Positions 29,406 through 38,662 of a DNA stretch of 64,000 nucleotides are shown piece after piece. This stretch comes from a virus (Duplodnaviria > Caudoviricetes). The position numbers and the translations under genes were made by a program. The stretch spans positions 1,565-65,564 of the IMG/VR virus record IMGVR_UViG_3300021959_000031; one strand, written 5' to 3'. Positions within the stretch are counted from its first letter, which is position 1. Each line of letters starts with the position of its first letter. The notes under the pieces were generated by a model, which was not told the origin of the DNA, did not search any database, and saw nothing but the letters and a program-made list of their open reading frames with translations.

Positions 29406-29762
29406 ATGCCAATTGATCACGATAATAGGATCTGTGAAGTTGATGGGTGCAACAGGCTCGCCAAGAAAACAGGCGCCAAGCTTAAAGATGGAACACCTTG
29501 CAGAGCTAGATTGTGCAACATTCATTCGAAAGCCAAATATAAAACTAAAGGTTGGCACGTTGTTTACAGGAAGGATTATTGTGAAAACATAGATGGAAGA
29601 TTGGGATTTAAATGTAAATGCAAAATAAGATATGATGGTCAGTTGAGTGTTGATCATATAGATGGCGACAACTCCAACAATGATGAAAAGAATTTGCAAA
29701 CGTTGTGCCACAATTGCCATGCATATAAAACATATATAAATGAAGACTACAGAAAAAGTTAA
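29406..29762 (+). CDS. HNH endonuclease (free-standing)
   Basis: VDHIDGDNSNN...NLQTLCHNCH; N-terminal C..GC...C..H zinc motif. Confidence 0.85.
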   Translation: MPIDHDNRICEVDGCNRLAKKTGAKLKDGTPCRARLCNIHSKAKYKTKGWHVVYRKDYCENIDGRLGFKCKCKIRYDGQLSVDHIDGDNSNNDEKNLQTLCHNCHAYKTYINEDYRKS

Positions 29763-30180
29763 CCTGTTTGATATTATAGCAAACATAAATGGTGGTAAAA
29801 AATCAAAGGATATACTGAGTGGTGTATCTGCATACAGTGAAGAAGTTTCACTAGATCCTAATGATCCAGAAAAAGCATACGCTTCATACATGATCAATAA
29901 AGGTTTTTCATACTTCAATGACACTGCTTGCCTTGCCAATGAAATGAACATTCATCACCATTTGCCCCCTCGGATGCAATATGACTTTTTAAGGAATACT
30001 ATTAGACCTAGGAAAAGGTTTAGCAAGTGGTTTAAAGGTATTACTGATAGTGAAGATATAGAGTTGATTAAAAAACACTATGATTACAGCAGTGTTAGAG
30101 CAAGAGAAGCTTATGAATTTTTTAATGAGGATCAATTGAAAGAGCTGAGAAGCCTGTATGACACTGGTGGAAAAGAATAA
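29740..30180 (+). CDS. gp62: clamp loader small subunit
   Basis: Y..YMIN.GFS.F.DT...ANEMN, QYDFL.N.IRPRKRFSKW, A.E....L. Confidence 0.92.
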   Translation: MKTTEKVNLFDIIANINGGKKSKDILSGVSAYSEEVSLDPNDPEKAYASYMINKGFSYFNDTACLANEMNIHHHLPPRMQYDFLRNTIRPRKRFSKWFKGITDSEDIELIKKHYDYSSVRAREAYEFFNEDQLKELRSLYDTGGKE

Positions 30181-30191
30181 ATAAACTAGTT

Positions 30192-30623
30192 ATGAATGAA
30201 CTAGAAAATGAAACAATTGATTGGGTGCCTAGTGATATGCTTGAAGTATATCTTAATGAACCAGACGACTTTCTCAAAGTAAAAGAAACACTAACCAGGA
30301 TTGGTGTATCATCTAATAGAGATACGAATGTTCTTTATCAGAGTTGCCACATCTTACACAAGCAGGGAAAGTATTTTATCCTTCACTTTAAGGAGCTTTT
30401 CATGCTTGATGGTAAACCTTCCACTTTCACACTTGATGATATGCAGAGGAGAAACACTATTGCAACTCTACTGAGTGATTGGAACTTGCTAACTATCGTT
30501 GACAGAGGTTCTTGTAAAGATTGCTCTAACTTGAAGAATATTAAGATCATATCCTTCAAAGAGAAAAGTGAATGGGAACTCAAAAGTAAATATAATATCG
30601 GTAATGTGAAAAAAACATACTAA
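30192..30623 (+). CDS. regA: translational repressor RegA
   Basis: EPDDFLKVKETLTRIG, LYQSCHILHKQGKYFI.HFKELF.LDG, RRNTIA.LL.DW. Confidence 0.96.
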   Translation: MNELENETIDWVPSDMLEVYLNEPDDFLKVKETLTRIGVSSNRDTNVLYQSCHILHKQGKYFILHFKELFMLDGKPSTFTLDDMQRRNTIATLLSDWNLLTIVDRGSCKDCSNLKNIKIISFKEKSEWELKSKYNIGNVKKTY

Positions 30624-30661
30624 ATCAATATAAGTAGATTTGTGACATGATAAGTTTTCGT

Positions 30662-30728
30662 GTTGCATGAGATGCCCTCGGGGTCTCAACTTAAATACAA
30701 CTTGCTTAAAAAGGAGTTAAAAAAAATG
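30662..30728 (+). promoter_or_regulatory. structured 5' leader of hsp20, ROSE-like RNA thermometer candidate
   Basis: Hairpin 30662-30690, then CTTGCTT (30701-30707) able to pair with SD AAGGAG (30711-30716) with a bulged G. Confidence 0.55.
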
Positions 30729-31166
30729 ACAATAACAAATAGAATAAATGGTGCAATGCCTCGTGCATTCGCAGTTGGTTTTGATTCGGTCTTTGATAGA
30801 CTTGAGTCACTTTCGGTAAATGAGAAAACATCTTATCCACCTCACAATGTAATTAAACATAGTGATAGTGAATTTGAAATCTCTCTTGCAGTTGCAGGGT
30901 TTAGCGATAAAGATTTATCGGTTAAACAAGATAAGGATCAACTTATCGTTTCATCTGATGGAGTTGATTTAAATGGTGATAAAGAATACCTTCATAAAGG
31001 AATTGGAACTCGCAGTTTCGTTAAAACCTTCACACTTGCTGAACATATCAGAGTGAATGAAGTTAGAATTACTGATGGAATTCTTTCAGTATACCTTAAC
31101 CTTGAGATACCTGATGAAATGAAACCTAAAACTTTCACCATATTGAATGAAAGTGCATCTGAGTAA
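30726..31166 (+). CDS. hsp20: small heat shock protein (Hsp20/IbpA-like)
   Basis: GFDSVFDRL, YPPHNV, ISLAVAGF, YLHKGI..RSF...FTLA, DGIL...L...IP. Confidence 0.93.
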   Translation: MTITNRINGAMPRAFAVGFDSVFDRLESLSVNEKTSYPPHNVIKHSDSEFEISLAVAGFSDKDLSVKQDKDQLIVSSDGVDLNGDKEYLHKGIGTRSFVKTFTLAEHIRVNEVRITDGILSVYLNLEIPDEMKPKTFTILNESASE

Positions 31167-31190
31167 ATCGAAAGTATAGCACCCAAAAAC

Positions 31191-31220
31191 AAGGCTCTTC
31201 AGAAATGGAGAGCCTTTGTT
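31191..31220 (+). terminator. rho-independent terminator after hsp20
   Basis: AAGGCTCTTCA-GAAA-TGGAGAGCCTT then TGTT. Confidence 0.75.
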
Positions 31221-31284
31221 ATGTGAACCAACAAATTTTAACAACTATCCAATTGTTTAATTCAAAATATTATAAATACTTAAC

Positions 31285-31638
31285 ATGTCTATTAAGTTCA
31301 AAAAGGGAAGCTTGGAGGAAGCTGCTCAGAAAATTCTAAATCCAGATATCGTTGAGGAAGCGGAATATAAGGGTAGAAAAGTTAAACTCAATGATCCATT
31401 CAGGTCTAATGATGAAAAAAAGAAGTTCTACGTTTATGTTAAGAACGAGAAAGGCAATGTGATAAAGCTAGGATTTGGTGACCCTAATACAGATATAAAA
31501 CGTGATAATCCAGCAAGGTTGAAAAGTTTCAGAGCAAGGCATAAATGTGATACAGATCCAGGACCCAAGTGGAAGGCTCGTTATTGGTCTTGTAAGTTTT
31601 GGGAGAAAGATAAAACTGTAACAGATCTTCTCAAATAG
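31285..31638 (+). CDS. conserved late hypothetical protein (probable head-internal)
   Basis: TATAAATA at 31271-31278; EEAEYKGRKVKLNDPFR..KKFYVYVKN..FGDP..RKSFRARH.C..ARYWSC-type motif common in T4-like phages. Confidence 0.8.
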   Translation: MSIKFKKGSLEEAAQKILNPDIVEEAEYKGRKVKLNDPFRSNDEKKKFYVYVKNEKGNVIKLGFGDPNTDIKRDNPARLKSFRARHKCDTDPGPKWKARYWSCKFWEKDKTVTDLLK

Positions 31639-31688
31639 AACCTCTGTATCCTATCTGGGTTTAAAAACCAGAAACATCAATTTTAGTA

Positions 31689-31717
31689 TTTACAAATCAT
31701 ATAATATGGTTTATAAT
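31689..31717 (+). promoter_or_regulatory. sigma70-like promoter for gp43
   Basis: TTTACA-17-TATAAT, 8 nt before ATG. Confidence 0.7.
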
Positions 31718-31725
31718 TACTTCAG

Positions 31726-34284
31726 ATGATAAGTGGATTTTATACTAGTGTAGATAGACATAAGAATAACCTAAAATACAGGGGTTATGATCATGATGGT
31801 AAGAAGATATACAATTCGTATAGATACCGACCTGAGTTATTCTTAGAGAGTAAAGATAAGGATGCAGAATGGAAGTCACTGAGTGGTAAGCCTCTCGAAA
31901 GTGTTAGATTCGATTCGATGAGCGAATGCACTAAGTTCATCAAGCAGTATGAAGACATACCATCTTTTCATGTATACGGAAATGAAAGGCATATACCAGC
32001 TTTCATTCAAAGTCAATTCCCCAACAAGGTAGAATATGATAAGAGAATGATTGACATTCTCTATATTGATATTGAAACTGCAATATCAGAAACAGCAGGA
32101 TTTTCTGATCCAGAAATTGCTGAACAAGAAATATTGACTATAGCTGTCAAGAGTTCCAGATGTGATACATATGTTGTTTGGGGTCTAAAAGATTATTCAA
32201 CTTCTAGCAGTAGTATACCTCATATTAAAAAGGAGTATAGAAAGTTCGATACAGAATTCGAAATGCTTGAAAACTTTTTGGATTGGTGGAGTGATCCAGA
32301 AAATACACCAGATGTTGTTACTGGTTGGAACACAACTTTCTTTGATATACCTTACATTATCAACAGAATTACCCGAGTTCTTGGAGAAACTCAAGTTAAA
32401 TGCTTAAGCCCTTGGAAAGACATTTCCACTAGAAAGGTGATGATGTTTGGAAAAGAGAAGATAAGTTATACAATATCTGGAATACAATCACTCGACTATT
32501 TGGATCTATTTAAGAAATTTACACTAAACACATATGGTCAACAAGAGTCTTATCGATTGGACAATATTGGTGAAGTCGTTCTTGGTCAAAGAAAGATTGA
32601 TTATTCTGATGTTGGTGGTCTTAAGGAACTGTATGAGTTAGACTTTCAAAGGTTCGTTGATTACAACATTGTTGATGTTGAACTTATTGAGAGATTCGAA
32701 GATAAGTTGGGTCTTATTGAATTAGTATTCACACTAGCATATCTTGGTGGTGTTAACTACACTGACACTCTAGGAACTGTCTCTATATGGGATAGTATTA
32801 TATTCAGAAAGCTTGCCAACAAGAAAATAGCAGTCCCACCATCCAAGAGAAGTGAAAAGCAATCTTATCCAGGTGGATTTGTTAAAGAAGTTATACCTGG
32901 GATGTATGATTGGGTTATGAGCTTTGACTTGAATAGTCTATATCCAAATATCATTATACAATATAATATGAGCCCAGAAACTCTAATCAGACACTCTGCC
33001 ATAACTGGAACAAACCCAGATAAAATATTGAACGATCCACGTAAGTTAACTGAAGATGATAATCTAGCAGTAGCTGCAAATGGAGCTGTATTCTCCAAAA
33101 CCAAGCAAGGTTTTCTTCCAGAGATTATTGAGGAACTTTATAATAATCGAAAGAAGATAAAGGGTAATATGTTAGGGAAGCAGAGCGAGATGGAATCTAT
33201 CAAGTCTGAGAAAAGAGAAGATAATCATTCGAAATTAGAATCTTTAGAAAAAGAAGTATCTCTTCTAGATACAGAGCAAATGGCTATTAAGATCTTGATG
33301 AACTCACTCTATGGTGCTTTAGGCAATCAATACTTTAGATATTTTGATATCAACATTGCTGAAGGAATCACTTTGACTGGTCAACTTATTATCAGGTGGG
33401 CAGAGAAGCATGTTAACGAATGGTTATCTAAGGATTTTCTTAAAGAAGATAAAATTAAAGATAGGATTATCGCAATCGACACTGACTCTGTTTACCTTAA
33501 TGTTAAAGATGTAGTGGATAAGTTTCAACCGAAAAACCCAGTCAAATTCTTGAGTGAGTTTGGTAGTAAAGCAATTGAACCTATGTTGTCTAAAGTATAT
33601 CAAGAGTTGGCTGATTTTACTTGTGCATATAAAAACACAATGGTTATGTCTAGAGAGTGCATCGCTGATAGAGCAATTTGGACTGCCAAGAAGAGGTATA
33701 TCCTTAATGTGCATAACAATGAAGGTGTTCAGTATAGCGAACCGAAAATAAAGATGATGGGAATCGAAGCTATCAAGAGTTCAACTCCTAAAGTTTGTAG
33801 AGTTGCGATGAAGGAAATGTTTAAAATTATGCTTAGTGGTGATGAGAAAAAAACACAAAAAGCTATAGAGTTATTCAAGACACATTTCAAAACTCTTCCT
33901 GCACATGATATAGCATCTCCAAGAGGTGTTACAAGTGTTACGAAATATTACGATTCTCAATCAACCTATATAAAAGGAACACCCATGCATTGTAGAGCAA
34001 GTTTGGTTTACAATAAAAGATTGGAGATTCTAGGTTTAGAAAATAAATACAAATCGATTCAGAATGGAGACAAGATTAAATTCGTATTTCTTAAGAAGGA
34101 GAATCCAACTGGAGAGAATGTTGTTGCTTTTCTTGAAGAACTTCCAGAAGAACTTGAACTAAGTCGTTACATAGATTATGAAATGCAGTTTCAAAAAGTA
34201 TTCTTAGATCCTATTGGGTTAATACTTAACGCTATAAAATGGTCGGCAGAAGAGAGATCTTCACTAGATGATTTTTTCTGTTAA
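31726..34284 (+). CDS. gp43: family B DNA polymerase
   Basis: Exo DIET, GWN..FFDIPY, YNIVDV; pol SFDLNSLYP, KILMNSLYG, IDTDS, KKRY; C-terminal clamp peptide SLDDFF. Confidence 0.98.
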   Translation: MISGFYTSVDRHKNNLKYRGYDHDGKKIYNSYRYRPELFLESKDKDAEWKSLSGKPLESVRFDSMSECTKFIKQYEDIPSFHVYGNERHIPAFIQSQFPNKVEYDKRMIDILYIDIETAISETAGFSDPEIAEQEILTIAVKSSRCDTYVVWGLKDYSTSSSSIPHIKKEYRKFDTEFEMLENFLDWWSDPENTPDVVTGWNTTFFDIPYIINRITRVLGETQVKCLSPWKDISTRKVMMFGKEKISYTISGIQSLDYLDLFKKFTLNTYGQQESYRLDNIGEVVLGQRKIDYSDVGGLKELYELDFQRFVDYNIVDVELIERFEDKLGLIELVFTLAYLGGVNYTDTLGTVSIWDSIIFRKLANKKIAVPPSKRSEKQSYPGGFVKEVIPGMYDWVMSFDLNSLYPNIIIQYNMSPETLIRHSAITGTNPDKILNDPRKLTEDDNLAVAANGAVFSKTKQGFLPEIIEELYNNRKKIKGNMLGKQSEMESIKSEKREDNHSKLESLEKEVSLLDTEQMAIKILMNSLYGALGNQYFRYFDINIAEGITLTGQLIIRWAEKHVNEWLSKDFLKEDKIKDRIIAIDTDSVYLNVKDVVDKFQPKNPVKFLSEFGSKAIEPMLSKVYQELADFTCAYKNTMVMSRECIADRAIWTAKKRYILNVHNNEGVQYSEPKIKMMGIEAIKSSTPKVCRVAMKEMFKIMLSGDEKKTQKAIELFKTHFKTLPAHDIASPRGVTSVTKYYDSQSTYIKGTPMHCRASLVYNKRLEILGLENKYKSIQNGDKIKFVFLKKENPTGENVVAFLEELPEELELSRYIDYEMQFQKVFLDPIGLILNAIKWSAEERSSLDDFFC

Positions 34285-34291
34285 AAAAAGT

Positions 34292-34320
34292 TTGACAACC
34301 AACGATAAAAAACATATAAT
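34292..34320 (+). promoter_or_regulatory. sigma70-like promoter
   Basis: TTGACA-17-TATAAT. Confidence 0.8.
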
Positions 34321-34336
34321 AACATCAACTTAAATT

Positions 34337-35281
34337 ATGGACTACACAGTTAACAAATACCCGATTTATATAATATCTAAAGGTAGAGCTGATACTAGAT
34401 TCACTTCAAGGTCACTAGAGGCTATGAATACACCATATAGAATAGTAATTGAAGAATCTGAGTATGATGACTATGCCGCAGTTATAGATCCTAAAAAAAT
34501 ACTGACTCTACCTAGTGATTTTCGAGAAGATCCTAGATATGCTAAACGATGTGAAGACACTGGATATCTCGGTGGATCTATTCCAGTTAGAAATTGGGTT
34601 TGGGAGCATTCCAAGAGTGAAGGTCATGCTAAACACTGGGTGCTAGATGACAATCTCAGATACTTTTTTAGATTCAATAACAATCGAAGAAGGAGAGTAA
34701 CGACTGGTGCTATCTTCAGAGCTGCAGAAGACTTCACTGATCGTTACGAGAATGTAAAATTAGCAGGACTGAACTACTGTATGTTCGTTATACCAACTAA
34801 GATAAGTTTACTAGAAACTCCATATTATCTCAACTCAAGGATCTACAGTTGCATTTTGATTTCCAATGATCTAGATGTTCGGTGGAGGGGTAAGTATAAT
34901 GAAGACACCGACTTATCATTGAGGGTTCTCAAGCAGGGTTACTGCACAATGTTGTTCAATACTTTCTTGTGTGGAAAAATCACAACGATGACAATGAAAG
35001 GTGGTAACACCGAAGACATATACAATGCTGGTGCCGAACAAGAATATGATGATCGATATACATTTGCCAAGTCACTGAAAGATCAACACCCAGATGTTGT
35101 GGAAATAACTAGGAGATTTAAAAGAACACACCACCTCGTTGATTACACATCTTTCAAGCAAAAGCCTATATACAAAGAAGGAATTGTTCCCGTATACGAA
35201 AACAATGAATATGGAATGGTCTTCAGAGAACCAACTGAACAACAAAAGGAAGCAGAAGAATCACACTGGAAGAAGAAATGA
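34337..35281 (+). CDS. TET-associated-type (TAGT/GREB1-like) DNA-base glycosyltransferase
   Basis: YPIYIISKGR, RNWVWEH, HWVLDDN, YSCILI, WRGKYNEDTDLSLRVL, MKGGNT. Confidence 0.8.
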   Translation: MDYTVNKYPIYIISKGRADTRFTSRSLEAMNTPYRIVIEESEYDDYAAVIDPKKILTLPSDFREDPRYAKRCEDTGYLGGSIPVRNWVWEHSKSEGHAKHWVLDDNLRYFFRFNNNRRRRVTTGAIFRAAEDFTDRYENVKLAGLNYCMFVIPTKISLLETPYYLNSRIYSCILISNDLDVRWRGKYNEDTDLSLRVLKQGYCTMLFNTFLCGKITTMTMKGGNTEDIYNAGAEQEYDDRYTFAKSLKDQHPDVVEITRRFKRTHHLVDYTSFKQKPIYKEGIVPVYENNEYGMVFREPTEQQKEAEESHWKKK

Positions 35282-35562
35282 GTAAGAAACAAGTAAGAAA
35301 CGTAAACACTGTTGATAATAACATCTTTCTTAGAGCTGAAGGTGCAGAAGATGTTATGCATGGATGGTGGGGCATGCCTGAGTATAAGCACAATGAATAC
35401 TGCCATGCTAAATTAGAGATTGCATTTGAGAGTGAAGATGATATAAAACATTTTGTTGAAGCAACTGGGTTATCTGTTAAAGAAGCATCAACATGCTTTT
35501 GGTATCCAGAATTTGCATATGATAAAGATCACACCTGGAGATGGATGAATGATGAAAATTAA
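35278..35562 (+). CDS. small glycosyltransferase-associated protein
   Basis: WWGMPEY..., I.F.SEDD..F, WYPE; overlaps the GT stop. Confidence 0.7.
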   Translation: MSKKQVRNVNTVDNNIFLRAEGAEDVMHGWWGMPEYKHNEYCHAKLEIAFESEDDIKHFVEATGLSVKEASTCFWYPEFAYDKDHTWRWMNDEN

Positions 35563-35722
35563 AAAAAGAATTAACGTTAGATTCGAAGACGCTGAGAAGA
35601 TGGTTGAGTTTGGTAAACTTTTGAGTATCAAACATCTGACCAAGAAAACTAAGCGAATTGTTTACAAGAAACCAGAAGACCCCTTTTCCAGTTTTTTCTC
35701 AGAACAAGATAGTGACCAATAA
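35552..35722 (+). CDS. 56-aa protein, likely paralogue of the preceding small protein (not in ORF track)
   Basis: MKIKKRINVRFEDAEKMVEFGKLLSIKHLTKKTKRIVY...; fills the gap exactly. Confidence 0.65.
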   Translation: MKIKKRINVRFEDAEKMVEFGKLLSIKHLTKKTKRIVYKKPEDPFSSFFSEQDSDQ

Positions 35723-35725
35723 GAT

Positions 35726-36664
35726 ATGGAGTATAGCCTTACAATATTTAATTCTATATTCGACAACAAGACGCATCGAAAGATGTCATTCGATAGTTGG
35801 GAAGAAGTAGAAAAGCTATTTTTAGATTTAAGTAAGCAAGATGGTTATAAACCCAAAAAAGGTGAGTTTAAAAAAGGATCACCTTTGATCAGTCCAGCTG
35901 TATACAAAGAAAACACTACGCGGGCTAATGCAAATGTCATTTCTTGGGGTGGTTGGGCCGCACTTGATATTGATGAATATGATTGTTCATTCAAGCAAGT
36001 GATCGATAGCTTTAAAGATATACGTCATATACTTTATAACAGCTCAAGCTCAACAGAAGAAAAGCCTAAATTTAGAGTCGTAATACCTTTTGAGAGAAGT
36101 ATCAAATCAGAAGAAATAAAAGGTTTATGGTATGCAATTAACTCTGAGTTCAATTCGTTTGCAGACCCCCAAACTAAAGACTTATCAAGGATGTATTATG
36201 TTCCAGCAAAATATCCTAATGCATATTCATTCTTTAGATATAACGAAGAAGCTAAGATGGTTGATGTAGATGCGTTAATGAAAAAACATCCATTTATAGT
36301 TCCACAAGAAAATTCTTTTCGTAGTCAGTTGAGTGAAGAAATGAGAGATAAGTTACTTAAGTATAGAACAGATCAACTCAACAACAAAGACGTAAAGTGG
36401 TCATCTTACCATGATTGCCCCTTCGTATCAAGAGAAGTTGTTAACCAATATAGATGCATAACAGAATCTGGTTGGTATCACGCCATGTATAAGATAATGG
36501 TAAGCATAGTTGCAAAAGCTATAAAGAAGAGTTACCCCATACAAACACATGAAGTTGTATCTCTATGCAAAGAGATAGATAATGATACAGGTGGTTGGTA
36601 TAAAAGCAGACCATTGGATTTAGAAGCTAAAAGAGCCATTGATTTTGGTATGCACAATTTCTAA
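35726..36664 (+). CDS. primase-polymerase (AEP)-like protein
   Basis: ISPAVY....R.N.NV, AALDID, Y.S.SS...KPKFRVVIP, DPQTKDLSRMYYVP. Confidence 0.75.
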   Translation: MEYSLTIFNSIFDNKTHRKMSFDSWEEVEKLFLDLSKQDGYKPKKGEFKKGSPLISPAVYKENTTRANANVISWGGWAALDIDEYDCSFKQVIDSFKDIRHILYNSSSSTEEKPKFRVVIPFERSIKSEEIKGLWYAINSEFNSFADPQTKDLSRMYYVPAKYPNAYSFFRYNEEAKMVDVDALMKKHPFIVPQENSFRSQLSEEMRDKLLKYRTDQLNNKDVKWSSYHDCPFVSREVVNQYRCITESGWYHAMYKIMVSIVAKAIKKSYPIQTHEVVSLCKEIDNDTGGWYKSRPLDLEAKRAIDFGMHNF

Positions 36665-36681
36665 TAATTATAAATAAAGTT

Positions 36682-36963
36682 ATGGCTAAGAAAAATAAAA
36701 AAACAAAGGGTTCTCTCTTTGCTAAAGTTAAAAAAACTCTTAAACCTTCTGCCGAAGAAGTGGTTGCTGAAGAAGAAGCTACTGAAGAAGTTATTGAAGA
36801 AGTTGTTGCTGAACCTAAAGCTAAGAAAACTACAGCTAAGAAAAAGAATATCGTAAAACTTGGAGGAAAAGATATCGATGTTGATGCATTAACACCTCGC
36901 GAAGTTAGAAAGTTAGTTGGTGAGTGGGGTAGAAGTAAGTTGAAATCTTTAGGGATTATCTAA
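36682..36963 (+). CDS. late hypothetical protein with basic ends and gp22-like acidic repeat
   Basis: TATAAATA at 36669-36676; EEVVAEEEATEE repeat. Confidence 0.75.
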   Translation: MAKKNKKTKGSLFAKVKKTLKPSAEEVVAEEEATEEVIEEVVAEPKAKKTTAKKKNIVKLGGKDIDVDALTPREVRKLVGEWGRSKLKSLGII

Positions 36964-36990
36964 GCTCTTACAAACCAATATAAATCTACA

Positions 36991-37022
36991 AACCCCAATG
37001 ACTGTCATGGTCTTTGGGGTTT
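36991..37022 (+). terminator. probable terminator
   Basis: AACCCCAATGAC...GTCTTTGGGGTT then TT. Confidence 0.55.
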
Positions 37023-37044
37023 GTCATGTATAGATATATTAGTC

Positions 37045-37269
37045 ATGCAAAAAGAAAAAGAAGTCATAGGGAAAATCAAAAGTATTATTTCAGACTTGAA
37101 ATACGTTATGGATAGTTCAGACATAGAGAAGTCAATTTCTAAAATAACAGTTGTTATAGATGAATACGAAAAGTCTAACGATTTGAATTTGGGTGAATTG
37201 GAAAACCAACTTATAATGGAAAATGAACTCAGAATAAAACTATCCAAACATTGTGATGATGGATATTAA
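37045..37269 (+). CDS. hypothetical protein
   Basis: ORF with ATG at 37045 (MQKEKEVIG...). Confidence 0.55.
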   Translation: MQKEKEVIGKIKSIISDLKYVMDSSDIEKSISKITVVIDEYEKSNDLNLGELENQLIMENELRIKLSKHCDDGY

Positions 37270-37357
37270 GTAAAGGAAACTCGAAATTAGTGTTTGACTT
37301 TTCGTGGTTTTATGATAGGTTGTAATCGTGATTGAGAGAAAAGATCACTAAAACATT

Positions 37358-37582
37358 ATGACAAGAGTAGCAGAGAAAGTTGCCAAACTTACAACAAGGA
37401 TCACAGAAGAAGATGTTCTGTCACTTTACGAATCGAGAGACTCATTAGATAACTCAGAATATGTTTTCGATGGTTTGGATTTGATAGAAGAGTTGGAAGC
37501 TGACGAACTTGAAGATTTATTACATCACACAGAAAGATTGATATTTTCGTTGACTAATCACACTTTTCGTGATAAAGTGTAA
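37358..37582 (+). CDS. early hypothetical protein
   Basis: Preceded by TTGACT-16-TAGGTT promoter (37294-37321). Confidence 0.7.
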   Translation: MTRVAEKVAKLTTRITEEDVLSLYESRDSLDNSEYVFDGLDLIEELEADELEDLLHHTERLIFSLTNHTFRDKV

Positions 37583-37608
37583 CCACAATCGAGAGAGATT
37601 ATATTATG
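37550..37608 (+). promoter_or_regulatory. early promoter-leader cassette
   Basis: TTGACT-17-TAAAGT-GTAACCACAATCGAGAGAGATTATATT-ATG. Confidence 0.8.
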
Positions 37609-37821
37609 AAAAAAAACAACAACAACAGCAAAGTGAGTGACGAAGTGCATTATGAAATTGTGGTTAAAGTCAGAGAGATCGTTGGTGGTCACCTGCTGAT
37701 GAATGAGAAGCTCAAATGCCAACATAACCGAGAGATGCTTGATGAGATCATCGAAGACCTAATTATGTATCGTAACACTCTCCCAAGTGTATCCGACCTA
37801 GAAGCTTGCAACGTAATCTAA
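37606..37821 (+). CDS. early hypothetical protein
   Basis: Starts at the ATG of the repeated leader. Confidence 0.7.
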   Translation: MKKNNNNSKVSDEVHYEIVVKVREIVGGHLLMNEKLKCQHNREMLDEIIEDLIMYRNTLPSVSDLEACNVI

Positions 37822-37830
37822 CACAAAACT

Positions 37831-38328
37831 ATGGAAGATGAAGCTTTAAAATTTGCGACTATGGCGCATGGTGATCAGAAGAGAAAATATACTGACGAAC
37901 CATATATTATCCACCCTATCGCTGTGGCTGAAATTGTGAAGTCTGTAGAACACACGGACGAAATGATTGCCGCGGCATTGCTTCATGATGTTGTAGAAGA
38001 CACTCCATTTACTATCGATGATATTTTCGATAGGTTTGGTGATAATGTCGGCGAACTTGTAAGTTGGTTAACTGACGTTAGTAGACCTGAGGATGGTAAT
38101 AGAAAAATAAGAAAGCGTATAGATAGAGAGCATATTGCAGAAGCACCCGCAGACGCGCAAACTATCAAAATAGCTGACTTGATACATAACACGGGAAGTA
38201 TAGAAAGATACGATCCAAGTTTCTGGAAAGTATACAAGCAAGAAAAAATTGATTTACTTGGTGTTCTAACTAAAGGTGATGCAACCTTACGTAAGATTGC
38301 TTATGAATTAACAGGAACACTAATATAA
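37831..38328 (+). CDS. HD-domain phosphohydrolase, Mesh1/SpoT-hydrolase-like
   Basis: AH.DQKRK...[31 protein letters not shown]. Confidence 0.88.
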   Translation: MEDEALKFATMAHGDQKRKYTDEPYIIHPIAVAEIVKSVEHTDEMIAAALLHDVVEDTPFTIDDIFDRFGDNVGELVSWLTDVSRPEDGNRKIRKRIDREHIAEAPADAQTIKIADLIHNTGSIERYDPSFWKVYKQEKIDLLGVLTKGDATLRKIAYELTGTLI

Positions 38329-38335
38329 TAAAATT

Positions 38336-38650
38336 ATGCAAGAATACACAGTAAAAGTAAAGGCTAATGGCAACAAGCGTTGGTATCAGAATGATATGTT
38401 TCATCGGTTAGATGGGCCTGCTATTGAATGGGCTGATGGAAGTAAGTTTTGGTTTCAAAATGGCAATCTTCATCGCGAAGATGGGCCTGCAGTTGAATGT
38501 GTTAATGGCTATAAGGCTTGGTATATTGGCGGTGAACAACTTACCGAAGATGAGTTTAACAATAGAACTAGCAATGTAGAGGTAACTCTTGAGGACATTG
38601 CTAAAGCTATGAATATAGACGTTGACAAGCTTCGCATTAAGGAACATTGA
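38336..38650 (+). CDS. HRxDGPA-repeat protein 1 (2 repeats)
   Basis: ORF; repeat family. Confidence 0.88.
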   Translation: MQEYTVKVKANGNKRWYQNDMFHRLDGPAIEWADGSKFWFQNGNLHREDGPAVECVNGYKAWYIGGEQLTEDEFNNRTSNVEVTLEDIAKAMNIDVDKLRIKEH

Positions 38651-38662
38651 TATAATAAGATT

